Shown piece by piece: positions 1 to 9,046 of a stretch of DNA of 64,000 nucleotides (position 1 is the stretch's first letter; each line of letters opens with the position of its first letter). Below the pieces are notes generated by a model. It was not told where the DNA came from. It did no database searches and saw only the letters and a program-made list of their open reading frames with translations. The stretch covers positions 18,958 through 82,957 of the forward strand of contig JAGBFJ010000059.1 of the NCBI GenBank assembly GCA_017936545.1, read 5' to 3'. Position numbers and translations under genes: made by a program. This stretch comes from Sutterella sp. Lineage in GTDB: Bacteria; Pseudomonadota; Gammaproteobacteria; Burkholderiales; Burkholderiaceae_F.

Positions 1-829
1 TGCGGATTTCCGCGTCGGGCGAAGAAATCACAAGCCGGCCTTCCGACACGAGGCCGACGACGTCGGCGCCGACCCGAGGATCTGTTGCGTAAGTCAGACT
101 CTTCACGCCGCGCGCCACGGCCAGTCCTTCCCAGATGCCTGCACAGGCATCGTCGGCCGGATACACGGCCGTGCCGGTTTCGGGAAGCGCCACGATCAGC
201 AGTCCGTTTTCCCGCGCCGTCTCTTCGACGCCGTTCAGGAATTCCTGATGTTCGCGCTGCGCATTGGTGAGAAGCGCCACGGTCGGGCGAACCCAGTCTG
301 CCAGTCTGGCCATTTCGCCCGGGTGATTCATGCCGCATTCGAACACCGCGCCTCGGTGCTCGAAACCGAGCGTCAGCAGCATGCGCGGCACGCCGACCTC
401 GTTGTTGAAATTCCCCTGAGTCGCGCACATCCGCTCGGCGCCCCAGCGTTCCCGAAGAATCGCTGCGAGCATCTGCGTGGTCGTGGTCTTGCCGTTGCTG
501 CCGCCCACCGCGGTCAGCGGAATGGCGAAGCGCCCACGCCAGGCTTTGGCAATCAGTCCGTAGGCCCGGCCGGCATCGGTGACGACGAGCTGCGGCAGAT
601 CGGCGTCGACGGGATGCTCGACCACTGCGCAGACGGCGCCGGCTGCCCGGGCCGCTTCGACGAAGTCATGGCCGTCGAAGCGTTCACCCCGGAGCGCCAC
701 GAAAAGATTGCCCCTGCCGACGGTGCGCGTGTCCGTGCTCACGCCTTCAAAAGGCACGTCGAGCGGTCCCGTGCCGCCCGCCAGAACGTCTCCGAGAACC
801 GGAATCAGATCGCCGAGCGTATTCATCAT
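1..829 (-). CDS. murF: UDP-N-acetylmuramoyl-tripeptide--D-Ala-D-Ala ligase (3' end outside the window)
   Basis: Manual translation gives MMNTLGD...VSTDTRTV...LFVALRGERFDGHDF...GGSNGKTTT. The start overlaps the murE stop, and it sits at the dcw position. Confidence 0.93.
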   Translation of the reverse strand, partial: MMNTLGDLIPVLGDVLAGGTGPLDVPFEGVSTDTRTVGRGNLFVALRGERFDGHDFVEAARAAGAVCAVVEHPVDADLPQLVVTDAGRAYGLIAKAWRGRFAIPLTAVGGSNGKTTTTQMLAAILRERWGAERMCATQGNFNNEVGVPRMLLTLGFEHRGAVFECGMNHPGEMARLADWVRPTVALLTNAQREHQEFLNGVEETARENGLLIVALPETGTAVYPADDACAGIWEGLAVARGVKSLTYATDPRVGADVVGLVSEGRLVISSPDAEIR

Positions 830-2337
830 TCGGTCTCCCGGCTCATGAGCCACTGCATGCGGCGTTCGTTGAAGGCTTCGCGAACCACTTCGGCATCGCT
901 GAAGTGATGCTTCACGCCGCTGATTTCCTGATAATCCTCGTGCCCCTTGCCCGCAACCAGCACGACGTCTCTGGCATCGGCTTCGGCAATCGCGCCGCAG
1001 ATGGCGGCATGACGGTCGGAGACGGCCTGCAGATCGTCCGCGCCCGCGAGAATGTCGCGGAGAATCGCCTCGGGATCCTCGGTTCGGGGATTGTCGCTCG
1101 TCACCACGACCTCGTCGGCCAGAGCGGCGGCGATGCGTCCCATCACGGGCCGCTTGCCGGCATCGCGGTCGCCGCCGCAGCCGAAGACAACCCAGAGCTT
1201 CCCGCCGCGGGCTTCCGCAACAGGTCTGAGACTTTCGAGCGCCTTCTCGAGCGCATCGGGCGTATGGCTGTAGTCGACGACGGTCAGCGGCGCTCCCTGG
1301 GCGCGGAAGATCTGCATGCGCCCGGGCGGCGAAGCCAGCGTTTCAGCCCAGCCTGCGACGTCGCCGAGAGAGGCGCCCTGAGCCAGCAGCACGGCCGCGG
1401 CCTGAATGAAGTTCGACACGTTGAACCGGCCGACCTGCGGCATGTGCACAGGCACTTCCTCGCCGTCGGAAACCAGCGTAAAGCGGGTGCCCGCTTCAGA
1501 CGCCCGGATGTCGACCGCCTCCACGTAATGGCCGGCGCCGGCGGGAACATTGCCGGCAAGCGTCGTCATCCAGACGTCGGCGCCGTTCCTGCGGGCAGCG
1601 TCCACCATCAGGAAGGCCGCCGGATCGTCGGCATTGATGACGGCCGTGCGCAGACCTGGCCAGGCAAAAAGCCCGGCCTTGGCGGCGCAGTAGGCCTCCA
1701 TGGTGCCGTGGTAGTCAAGGTGATCGCGCGTGAGATTCGTAAAAACGGCCGTGTCGAACGCCGTGCCCGTCAGACGTCCCTGCTCCAGACCGATCGAACT
1801 GGCCTCGAGCGCGAACGCCGAAGCGCCCGCCTTGCGGACGTCCGCGCAGACGCCCTGCAGACTGACGGCATCCGGCGTCGTCAGGGCGGGCATGTCGAAA
1901 TGACGGCCTCCGAAGGTGCAGCCGACGGTGCCGAGCACGGCGCAGGGGCGGCCCGCTCGGGTCATCATCTCGGCGATCCAATGCGTGGTCGTGGTCTTTC
2001 CGTTCGTGCCCGTGACGGCAATGCCCGTCATCGCGGCGGTGGGATTGCCGTAAAACTCCGTGGCGATTTCCCCGAGGCGCTCGGAAAGCCCTTCAACGGC
2101 CAGGGACGCCACCGGATAGCATTCGGGCGCGCTGCCGAGAGGCTGCGCCTCAAGAAGCACGCCTGCCGCGCCTCTTGCCGCGGCCACGCGGATGAAGCGC
2201 CGGCCGTCGGAACGCGCGCCCGGCACGGCGACGAAGACGTCGCCCGGCTTCACGGTTCTGCTGTCAAGACGCAGATGCGCGCCTTCATGCACGATGGAGG
2301 TGAGCCAAGCGGCAATCTCCTGAATCGACTTTTCCAT
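826..2337 (-). CDS. murE: UDP-MurNAc-tripeptide synthetase
   Basis: Motifs VTGTNGKTT, FTNLTRDHLDYH, DYSHTPD, SDNPR, AGKGHE. Confidence 0.96.
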   Translation of the reverse strand: MEKSIQEIAAWLTSIVHEGAHLRLDSRTVKPGDVFVAVPGARSDGRRFIRVAAARGAAGVLLEAQPLGSAPECYPVASLAVEGLSERLGEIATEFYGNPTAAMTGIAVTGTNGKTTTTHWIAEMMTRAGRPCAVLGTVGCTFGGRHFDMPALTTPDAVSLQGVCADVRKAGASAFALEASSIGLEQGRLTGTAFDTAVFTNLTRDHLDYHGTMEAYCAAKAGLFAWPGLRTAVINADDPAAFLMVDAARRNGADVWMTTLAGNVPAGAGHYVEAVDIRASEAGTRFTLVSDGEEVPVHMPQVGRFNVSNFIQAAAVLLAQGASLGDVAGWAETLASPPGRMQIFRAQGAPLTVVDYSHTPDALEKALESLRPVAEARGGKLWVVFGCGGDRDAGKRPVMGRIAAALADEVVVTSDNPRTEDPEAILRDILAGADDLQAVSDRHAAICGAIAEADARDVVLVAGKGHEDYQEISGVKHHFSDAEVVREAFNERRMQWLMSRETE

Positions 2338-2376
2338 ATGTTTTCCTGTCTGAGCTCCGCCCGGTCCCTCTCGGTC

Positions 2377-4197
2377 TTACCGGCGGATTTTCGAAAGCAG
2401 CCCGCCGCCCGCAACGACATGCTTTTCATCGGGCGACACCATGAGGGTGCGCAGCGCGCCCTCGGCCACTTCATTGAATACCGGTGCGGCCACCAGGCCG
2501 CCGAAGCGGCCCTTCTTCGGCTCGTCGAGCATCACGGCGACGATGAACCGAGGCTGCGTCGCAGGCACGATGCCCACGAAGCTCGCCACCACGTCGCGCG
2601 TATACTGGCCGTTCTTCACCTTGTTGGCGGTGCCGGTCTTGCCGGCCACCGAGTAGCCTGCCACATTGACGTTTGACGCCGTGCCGCCCTTTTTGACGGT
2701 GGCCATCATCATGGCGCGCATGCGGCGCGCCGTTTCGGGTCTGAAGACCTGCTCGCCCTTCACCGTCTCGCCTTCCGGACGTTTGAAGAGCGTGAGATCG
2801 ATCACGTCGCCCTGTCTGGCCAGCGCCGTATAGGCCCGCACCAGCTGCATCAGCGATACCGTGATCCCGTGGCCGTAGGAAATCGTCGCCTGCTCGACGG
2901 GACGCCAGGACTTGCCCGGACGCAGGCGGCCCGAGGTCGCTCCCGGGAAGCCGATGTGGGGCGCACGTCCGAAGCCGAGTTCCGAATACGTTTCGTAGAG
3001 CGTCTGCGGGGAAATTTCAAGCGCGATCTTCGCGGTGCCGATGTTGGACGACTTCGCCACGATCTCGGCCACCGTCAGAAGCCCGTAGTCGTGCGTATCG
3101 CCGATCGTGCGGTCGCCGATCGTCAGCTTGCCGGGCGACGTCTGAATCGTCGTGAGCGGATCGACGATGCCCATGTCGAGCGCCTTGGCAATCGCAAAAG
3201 GCTTCATCGTCGAGCCGGGTTCGAACTGGTCGGTCAGCACGCGGTTGCGGATACGCTCGAAGCGCACCGTCGATCGGTCGTTCGGATCGTAGGTCGGCGC
3301 GTTGGCGAGCGCAATGATTTCGCCCGTATTGACGTCGGCCACCACGACGGCGCCCGCAATCGCCCCGCTTTTTTCAATCTGGCGGTTGAGCGCCTCGTAC
3401 GCGATGAACTGCACGCGCGAGTCGATCGAAAGCTCCACATCCTTTCCGGGAAGCGCTGCCTTCGCCCAGACGTCGTCCACCACGCGGCCGTGGCGGTCGC
3501 GGATCACGCGGCGCGCACCGCGCTGCCCCGAAAGCACGCTGTCGCGAGCGAGCTCAACGCCTTCCTGACCGCGGTCGTCCCATCCCGTATACCCGACGAT
3601 ATGGGCCATCACGGGACCGTCCGGATACTGGCGGCGCATTTCGGGAGAAATGCCGACGCCGGGAATGGAGAGCGCGCGCACCGCTTCAGCCGTCTGAATA
3701 TCCTGATTGCGGGCGAGATACACGAAATTCTTCGAGGCGCTCGTGCGCAGCTTTTCGGTCAGCGCCTTTTCGCTCATGCCGAGCGCACGGGCAAGCGCCT
3801 TAAGTCTGGCGGGTTCGACGCTCTCCATGAATTCCGGGTCCGCCCAGATGCTTCGGCAGGGCTGACTCGAGGCGAGCACCACGCCGTTGCGGTCGAGAAT
3901 CTCGCCGCGCGTTCCTTCGATCGAAATCGTGCGTGCAAAGCGCTGTTCGCCCTGCGTCTGCAGAAAATCGGTCGAGAAGAACTGCAGATAAAAGACGCGA
4001 AGCGCGAGAACGGCGAAAAGAACTACGATGAGCCCGAACGCAATGTAGGTGCGGTACCTCGGGATCGGAATGATGATGAGCGGGTCCGCGGCACGCACGG
4101 GACCGGGCTTGACCGGCAGGCGGTCGCGCTTGAACGCCCGGACGGCGATGTCCCAGAGGTTCAGGATAAGGAGCTCGAGCCTTTCGAGAATCTTCAC
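2377..4197 (-). CDS. ftsI: Penicillin-binding protein 3
   Basis: RGEILDRNG, EPGSTMK (SxxK), KSSN, GKTGT; N-terminal TM helix; dcw context. Confidence 0.95.
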   Translation of the reverse strand: MKILERLELLILNLWDIAVRAFKRDRLPVKPGPVRAADPLIIIPIPRYRTYIAFGLIVVLFAVLALRVFYLQFFSTDFLQTQGEQRFARTISIEGTRGEILDRNGVVLASSQPCRSIWADPEFMESVEPARLKALARALGMSEKALTEKLRTSASKNFVYLARNQDIQTAEAVRALSIPGVGISPEMRRQYPDGPVMAHIVGYTGWDDRGQEGVELARDSVLSGQRGARRVIRDRHGRVVDDVWAKAALPGKDVELSIDSRVQFIAYEALNRQIEKSGAIAGAVVVADVNTGEIIALANAPTYDPNDRSTVRFERIRNRVLTDQFEPGSTMKPFAIAKALDMGIVDPLTTIQTSPGKLTIGDRTIGDTHDYGLLTVAEIVAKSSNIGTAKIALEISPQTLYETYSELGFGRAPHIGFPGATSGRLRPGKSWRPVEQATISYGHGITVSLMQLVRAYTALARQGDVIDLTLFKRPEGETVKGEQVFRPETARRMRAMMMATVKKGGTASNVNVAGYSVAGKTGTANKVKNGQYTRDVVASFVGIVPATQPRFIVAVMLDEPKKGRFGGLVAAPVFNEVAEGALRTLMVSPDEKHVVAGGGLLSKIRR

Positions 4198-4541
4198 GGC
4201 TTCGCTCCTTCGGCGGACTCAGCCGTCGGCGTATCGGGGGCGAAGTCCACCCGATGATGTTCGTCCACGACCAGATTCACCGTGTTCTCGCCCCGTGCCG
4301 ACACCATGCCGAGCGACGCCGCGCCGTCGGCCAGGCTGCCGGGCAGCGACGCCTTTCTCACGCGCAGCAGCAGATCGGCCTGGTCGTCCGCCAGACGGCG
4401 GCCGATGTCGACGGCGCGCTCATGCTCGACGAAGAGCGTGCGCGCGCGGTACTGCACGTTCACGAGCGTGATCGCGAGCGAGAAAAGCACGATGCCGAGC
4501 ACGAAGACCACGGCCAGTTCGAGGACGTTCACCTGCCGCAT
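4194..4541 (-). CDS. ftsL: Cell division protein FtsL
   Basis: Short TM plus coiled-coil protein between rsmH and ftsI. Start reassigned to MRQVNV at 4541. Confidence 0.85.
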   Translation of the reverse strand: MRQVNVLELAVVFVLGIVLFSLAITLVNVQYRARTLFVEHERAVDIGRRLADDQADLLLRVRKASLPGSLADGAASLGMVSARGENTVNLVVDEHHRVDFAPDTPTAESAEGAKP

Positions 4542-5500
4542 GCGCCGGCCTCCGAGCGCCACGGTGCCGCAGTGCGCACGCCGACGCGCAGAACGGCCGA
4601 GCGGGCGCGCGGGTTCGCGGCGCACTCCTCTTCGCCCGGCCTGATGCGGGTAACGGATTCAAACAGCGGCTTCGGAAGCATGTCCTTCGTGAGCGGCAGA
4701 CGCGGGTCGAGCGCCTTTTCGGGATGCGCCGTTCTGTCGAAGAAATGCTTGACGATGCGGTCTTCGAGCGAGTGAAAGCTGATGACGGCCAGACGGCCTT
4801 CGGGCTTCAGAAGCGCGCCAGCCGCCTCGAGCGCCGAGCGAAGTTCGTCGAGCTCGTGGTTCACCTCGATGCGCACGGCCTGGAAAGTGCGGGTGGCGGG
4901 ATGCTGGCCGAGGTCCTTGCGGTTGCGGGGCACGACTCGGGCGACGAGGTCCGCCAGCTCGCGGGTGGTGGCGAGCGGCGCCGTTTTGCGGCGCTCGACG
5001 ATGGCGCGGGCGATGGGACCCGCGAAGCGCTCCTCGCCGTAGAGGCTGATGACGTGCCGGATGTCGCGCTCGTCGGCGCAGGCAAGCCATTCGGCCGCCG
5101 TCATGCCGCGCGTAGTGTCCATGCGCATGTCGAGCGGGCCGTCGAAGCGGAAGGAAAAACCGCGCGAGGCGTCGTCGATCTGGGGGGACGAGACGCCGAT
5201 GTCGAGAAAGATGCCGTCGACCGCCGAGATGCCGAGAGCGGCCAGCGATTCGCGCATGGTGGAAAAAGGCTCGTGAACGATCGAAAAGCGGGGATCGTCG
5301 ATCAGACGGGCGGCCTTCACGGCTTCAGGGTCGCGGTCGAACGCAATAAGACGACCCTTCTCGGACAGCTTGGCGAGAATGCGACGCGAGTGTCCGCCCC
5401 GGCCGAAGGTTCCGTCCACATAGAGACCGTCCGGATCGGCAACGAGTGCGTCGGGGGCTTCGCTCCCGAGCACAGACAGATGGATGAATTCCTCGCTCAC
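4529..5500 (-). CDS. rsmH: 16S rRNA m4C1402 methyltransferase
   Basis: [44 protein letters not shown]. Confidence 0.97.
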   Translation of the reverse strand: MSEEFIHLSVLGSEAPDALVADPDGLYVDGTFGRGGHSRRILAKLSEKGRLIAFDRDPEAVKAARLIDDPRFSIVHEPFSTMRESLAALGISAVDGIFLDIGVSSPQIDDASRGFSFRFDGPLDMRMDTTRGMTAAEWLACADERDIRHVISLYGEERFAGPIARAIVERRKTAPLATTRELADLVARVVPRNRKDLGQHPATRTFQAVRIEVNHELDELRSALEAAGALLKPEGRLAVISFHSLEDRIVKHFFDRTAHPEKALDPRLPLTKDMLPKPLFESVTRIRPGEEECAANPRARSAVLRVGVRTAAPWRSEAGACGR

Positions 5501-5572
5501 GCTCTACTCTCGCTGTTTCGGTCCGCACGCACGGCGGACGCTGAGTGTTTCTTCTTGCTTCGGAAAAGGGAA

Positions 5573-5995
5573 TCAGAACGAAAAATCCGCGGCATCGAGT
5601 CCGGCTTCCAGCGCTTCGCGCTCGCGCGCGGCAAGCGTCTCGCGGTCCCAGAGCTCGAAATGCTCTCCCATGCCGAGAAGGGCGACGTCGCGCGTCAGCC
5701 CGCCCATGAGTCTGAGTTCGGACGGAATCAGAATGCGTCCCGCCCGGTCGAACTCCAGTTCGACCGCGCTGCCGAGCACGAAGCGAACGAAGGCCCGCGC
5801 AGAATAAGGGAGAGCGGCAAGCGCCCTGCGCTTTTCCTCCCAGACCGGCGCCGGGTAAATCACCAGGCAGCCGTCGGGATGGCGCGTCACCGTCACTTTT
5901 GCGCCCGGCTCAGCGGCAACAGCCTCCCGATGCCGCGCCGGCATCGACAGGCGTCCCTTCTGATCAAGCGTCAAGAGTGATGTCCCCTGAAACAC
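5573..5995 (-). CDS. mraZ: Transcriptional regulator MraZ
   Basis: Duplicated DxKGR / DxAGRI motifs; first gene of the dcw cluster. Confidence 0.96.
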   Translation of the reverse strand: MFQGTSLLTLDQKGRLSMPARHREAVAAEPGAKVTVTRHPDGCLVIYPAPVWEEKRRALAALPYSARAFVRFVLGSAVELEFDRAGRILIPSELRLMGGLTRDVALLGMGEHFELWDRETLAAREREALEAGLDAADFSF

Positions 5996-6053
5996 AGTCT
6001 CTTTTCCGTCTCTCCGTCCCCCGGGAGCCTCTCGGCGGAGCGGCCGGCGGCCG

Positions 6054-6111
6054 TCCCACTTTTTCCCACTTTCCTGAGCTTCACTTTAGCGTCCGCACAC
6101 GGTTCGGTCAA
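6054..6111 (-). promoter_or_regulatory. dcw promoter with MraZ operator repeats
   Basis: Minus strand TTGACC-17 nt-TAAAGT (6111-6083), followed by AAGTGGGA direct repeats at 10-bp spacing (6072-6054) that match GTGGG MraZ boxes. Confidence 0.75.
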
Positions 6112-6304
6112 GGCGGACGAGAACTTTTTTACGATCTTTTATGCCCCGAACGCGCACCTTGCCGGCTTCGCCCGCCGCTTCGCATCGCCGAACAGATTAG
6201 CGTTTAGGCGTAGGGCGGCCGGCCCCGCCTGTGCTACGCTTAAATGATTGCCCGCCTAGGCCTTTGCCTACGGCGCACCTATTTCTATCGGATTTCACCT
6301 GCCC

Positions 6305-8428
6305 ATGCTCGACAAAATCATGAAACCCCGGTCGGTCGCCGTCGTCGGCGCCTCGACCAAGCAGCACACCATCGGTTCCGACATCCTCAAGCGCCTTCAG
6401 GAATACGCCTTCTGCGGCCCGATCTATCCGGTGAACCCGAAGGGCGGCGTCATTGAAGGCCTTCAGGCCTACCCGTCCGTGCTCGACATTCCGGGGGACG
6501 TGGACCTCGCCATCATCATCGTCAATTCGCGCTTCGTGCTTCAGACGATCGACCAGTGCCATGAAAAAGGCATCCTCGGCCTCTGCGTCATCTCTGCCGG
6601 CTTCAAGGAAACGGGCGCCGAAGGCGCCAGGCTCGAAGCCGAACTTCTCGAGCGCGTCCGCCGCTACGGCATGCGCTGCGTGGGTCCGAACTGCCTCGGC
6701 GTGGTGAATACGCATCCCGGCGTGCGTCTTGACGGCTGCTTCGCCGAAACGCTGCCCGAACGCGGCAACATCGGCTTTGTCTCGCAGTCTGGCGCGCTCG
6801 GCGGCGGCATTCTCAACATTCTGAAGGACCTCAACCTCGGCTTCTCCCAGTTCATCTCGATCGGCAACCAGGCTGACGTCAATGCCGAAACCGCTCTCGA
6901 ATACTGGGAAAACGAAGCGGACGTTGATCAGATCCTTCTTTATATGGAATCGATTCACGATCCGGCCAACTTCCGCCGTCTGGCTTCCCGCATTTCGAAG
7001 AAGAAGCCCATTCTTGCGCTCAAGGCCGGCCGCTCCGCCGCCGGCGCCTCCGCCGCGTCGTCCCACACGGGCAGCCTTGCCGGCGCCGATCTCGCCGCCG
7101 ACGCTCTGCTTCGCCAGTCGGGCGTGATCCGCGAATTCTCGCTTCGCGACCTCTTCGCCACTGCCAAGGTTTTCGCCAACTGTCCGATTCCGAAGGGCGA
7201 CCGCGTGGCCATCATCACCAACTCGGGCGGCCCCGGCATCATGGCGACCGACGCCGTCTGCGAACAGGGCATGACGATGGCGCAGCTTTCCGATGACACG
7301 AAGGCGAAGCTGCGCGCCTTCCTTCCTGCCGCGGCAAGCGTGAAGAACCCCGTCGACATGATCGCCTCGGCGCCGATCGAACACTACAAGCAGACCATGG
7401 AAACGGTGCTTGCGGATCCGGGCGTCGACATGGTCATCGTGATCTACCTGCCCTTCCTCGGCCTGCGCGACACCGACGTGGCCCGCGCCGTCATGGACGT
7501 GAAGGCCGCTCATCCCGAAAAGCCGATTGCCGGCGTCTTCATGACGAAGAACGAGTTCTTCTCGGCGCTCGCCGGCACCGACGTGACCGTGCCGTTCTTC
7601 ATGTATGTCGAAGAGGCAGTCGACGGCTTCGAGCGTCTCAACGAACAGCGCCGCTGGATCGCCCGTCCCGAAGGCAGGATTCCCGTCTTTGACGCCGACC
7701 GAGAAGGCGCCGCCGGCATCATGAAGGCAGCGCTTGCCGAAGGCCGCGCCCAGCTCACGACGCGCGAAAGCATCGACGTTCTCTCCGCCTACGGCATCCG
7801 CGTCTGCGGTTCGGGCTTTGCCCGCACGGAAGACGAGGCCGCCGAAGCCGCCGGCCGCATCGGCTATCCGGTCGTGATGAAGATGACCTCGAAGACCACG
7901 TCGCACAAGACGGACGTGGGCGGCGTGCGCGTCAACATCCGCTCCGAAGAAGAGCTTCGCGCCCAGTACCGCGATCTCGTCGCCCGACTCGAGACCCGCG
8001 GCCTGCTCGACGGTCTCGAAGGCGTGATCATCCAGGAAATGGTGACGGGCACGCGCGAGATGGTCTGCGGCATCGCCACGGACCCGCAGTACGGTCCGAT
8101 GATGATGTTCGGCCTCGGCGGCGTCTTCATCGAAGTCATGAAGGACGTCACTTTCCGCATTGCGCCCCTGACCGATCAGGATGCCGCCGACATGGTGCGT
8201 TCCGTGAAGGCCTTCAAGCTTCTTGAAGGCGCCCGCGGCACCAAGCCCGCCGACATCGCCCGCATCGAGGAAACGCTCCTGCGCCTCTCTCAGCTCGTGG
8301 CCGACTTCCCGTTCGTCGACGAGCTCGACATCAATCCTCTGATGATTTCCGAAAAGACGGGCGAACCCGTGGCGGTCGACGGCCGCATCAAGGTCCGCCT
8401 TGAGGAAGCCCGCGCCGCGCTCGGCTGA
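6305..8428 (+). CDS. ADP-forming acetate/acyl-CoA ligase, fused alpha-beta type
   Basis: CoA-binding N-terminus (VAVVGAS, YPVNP), GPNCLG, SQSG, ASSHTGSLAG, NPVD, ATP-grasp SHKTDVGGV, ELDINPL. No GNAT domain. Confidence 0.9.
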   Translation: MLDKIMKPRSVAVVGASTKQHTIGSDILKRLQEYAFCGPIYPVNPKGGVIEGLQAYPSVLDIPGDVDLAIIIVNSRFVLQTIDQCHEKGILGLCVISAGFKETGAEGARLEAELLERVRRYGMRCVGPNCLGVVNTHPGVRLDGCFAETLPERGNIGFVSQSGALGGGILNILKDLNLGFSQFISIGNQADVNAETALEYWENEADVDQILLYMESIHDPANFRRLASRISKKKPILALKAGRSAAGASAASSHTGSLAGADLAADALLRQSGVIREFSLRDLFATAKVFANCPIPKGDRVAIITNSGGPGIMATDAVCEQGMTMAQLSDDTKAKLRAFLPAAASVKNPVDMIASAPIEHYKQTMETVLADPGVDMVIVIYLPFLGLRDTDVARAVMDVKAAHPEKPIAGVFMTKNEFFSALAGTDVTVPFFMYVEEAVDGFERLNEQRRWIARPEGRIPVFDADREGAAGIMKAALAEGRAQLTTRESIDVLSAYGIRVCGSGFARTEDEAAEAAGRIGYPVVMKMTSKTTSHKTDVGGVRVNIRSEEELRAQYRDLVARLETRGLLDGLEGVIIQEMVTGTREMVCGIATDPQYGPMMMFGLGGVFIEVMKDVTFRIAPLTDQDAADMVRSVKAFKLLEGARGTKPADIARIEETLLRLSQLVADFPFVDELDINPLMISEKTGEPVAVDGRIKVRLEEARAALG

Positions 8429-8455
8429 CCTCGATTACTCCTCGCCGGATGAAGG

Positions 8456-8490
8456 AAAGGCCCGGATGCCGTCAAAAGCATCCGGGCCTT
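8456..8490. terminator. Hairpin terminator between the ligase and rnpB
   Basis: AAGGCCCGGATGC...GCATCCGGGCCTT inverted repeat between convergent genes. Confidence 0.75.
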
Positions 8491-8507
8491 GGATTTGTTC
8501 CGACTGC

Positions 8508-8811
8508 GGCACTCTCCCGATAAGCCGGATTATGTTCCCGGCCGAAGCCGGGTGACGATCATTCGTCTAGGACGGCGCTCGCGCGACGCCTCAAGCCATC
8601 TACCCGCAGCCGGACCGGGCCGGTCCGTAGGCTGCCTATTTGATGTTGCTCCCCGTAGAGATTGCCCGTTTCACCCGGCCATGACGCCGGCTCGTCTCTG
8701 TTGCTCTGATCCTCGCCTCGCGGCGGACAGCCGTTAGCTGCTACGGTGCCCTGCGGAGTCCGGACTTTCCTCCCGTGGGCGAACCCACCGACGATCGTCT
8801 GGAAAAGTGTC
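8508..8811 (-). ncRNA. rnpB: RNase P RNA (type A, compact)
   Basis: Reverse complement has GAGGAAAGTCCGG, CAACAGAG, GGTGAAACGG, GAGCAA and AACATAATCCGGCTTA. The ends pair to form P1. Upstream promoter TTGAAA-17-TAGAGT (8856-8828). Confidence 0.96.
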
Positions 8812-9046
8812 TGCAGTCAGACCGCGCACTCTACTGGGTTTGCCGGGCTTTTTCAAGCCTTTTCTCTGCCTTTTTGTGCTCGGAAGGCCTCCGAAACAAT
8901 TTTTAGACGGCAATCCGCCGGGATCGTCTGCGCGCATGTGCGAGAATTGACAATCCGTACGCGCACGCCGTGCGCGAGCAAATTTTTTCTTTTTCAGTCA
9001 GACCTCTTCCTGCGCCCGTTTCTGCTGACGGCCGCAGTTTCCGAAA

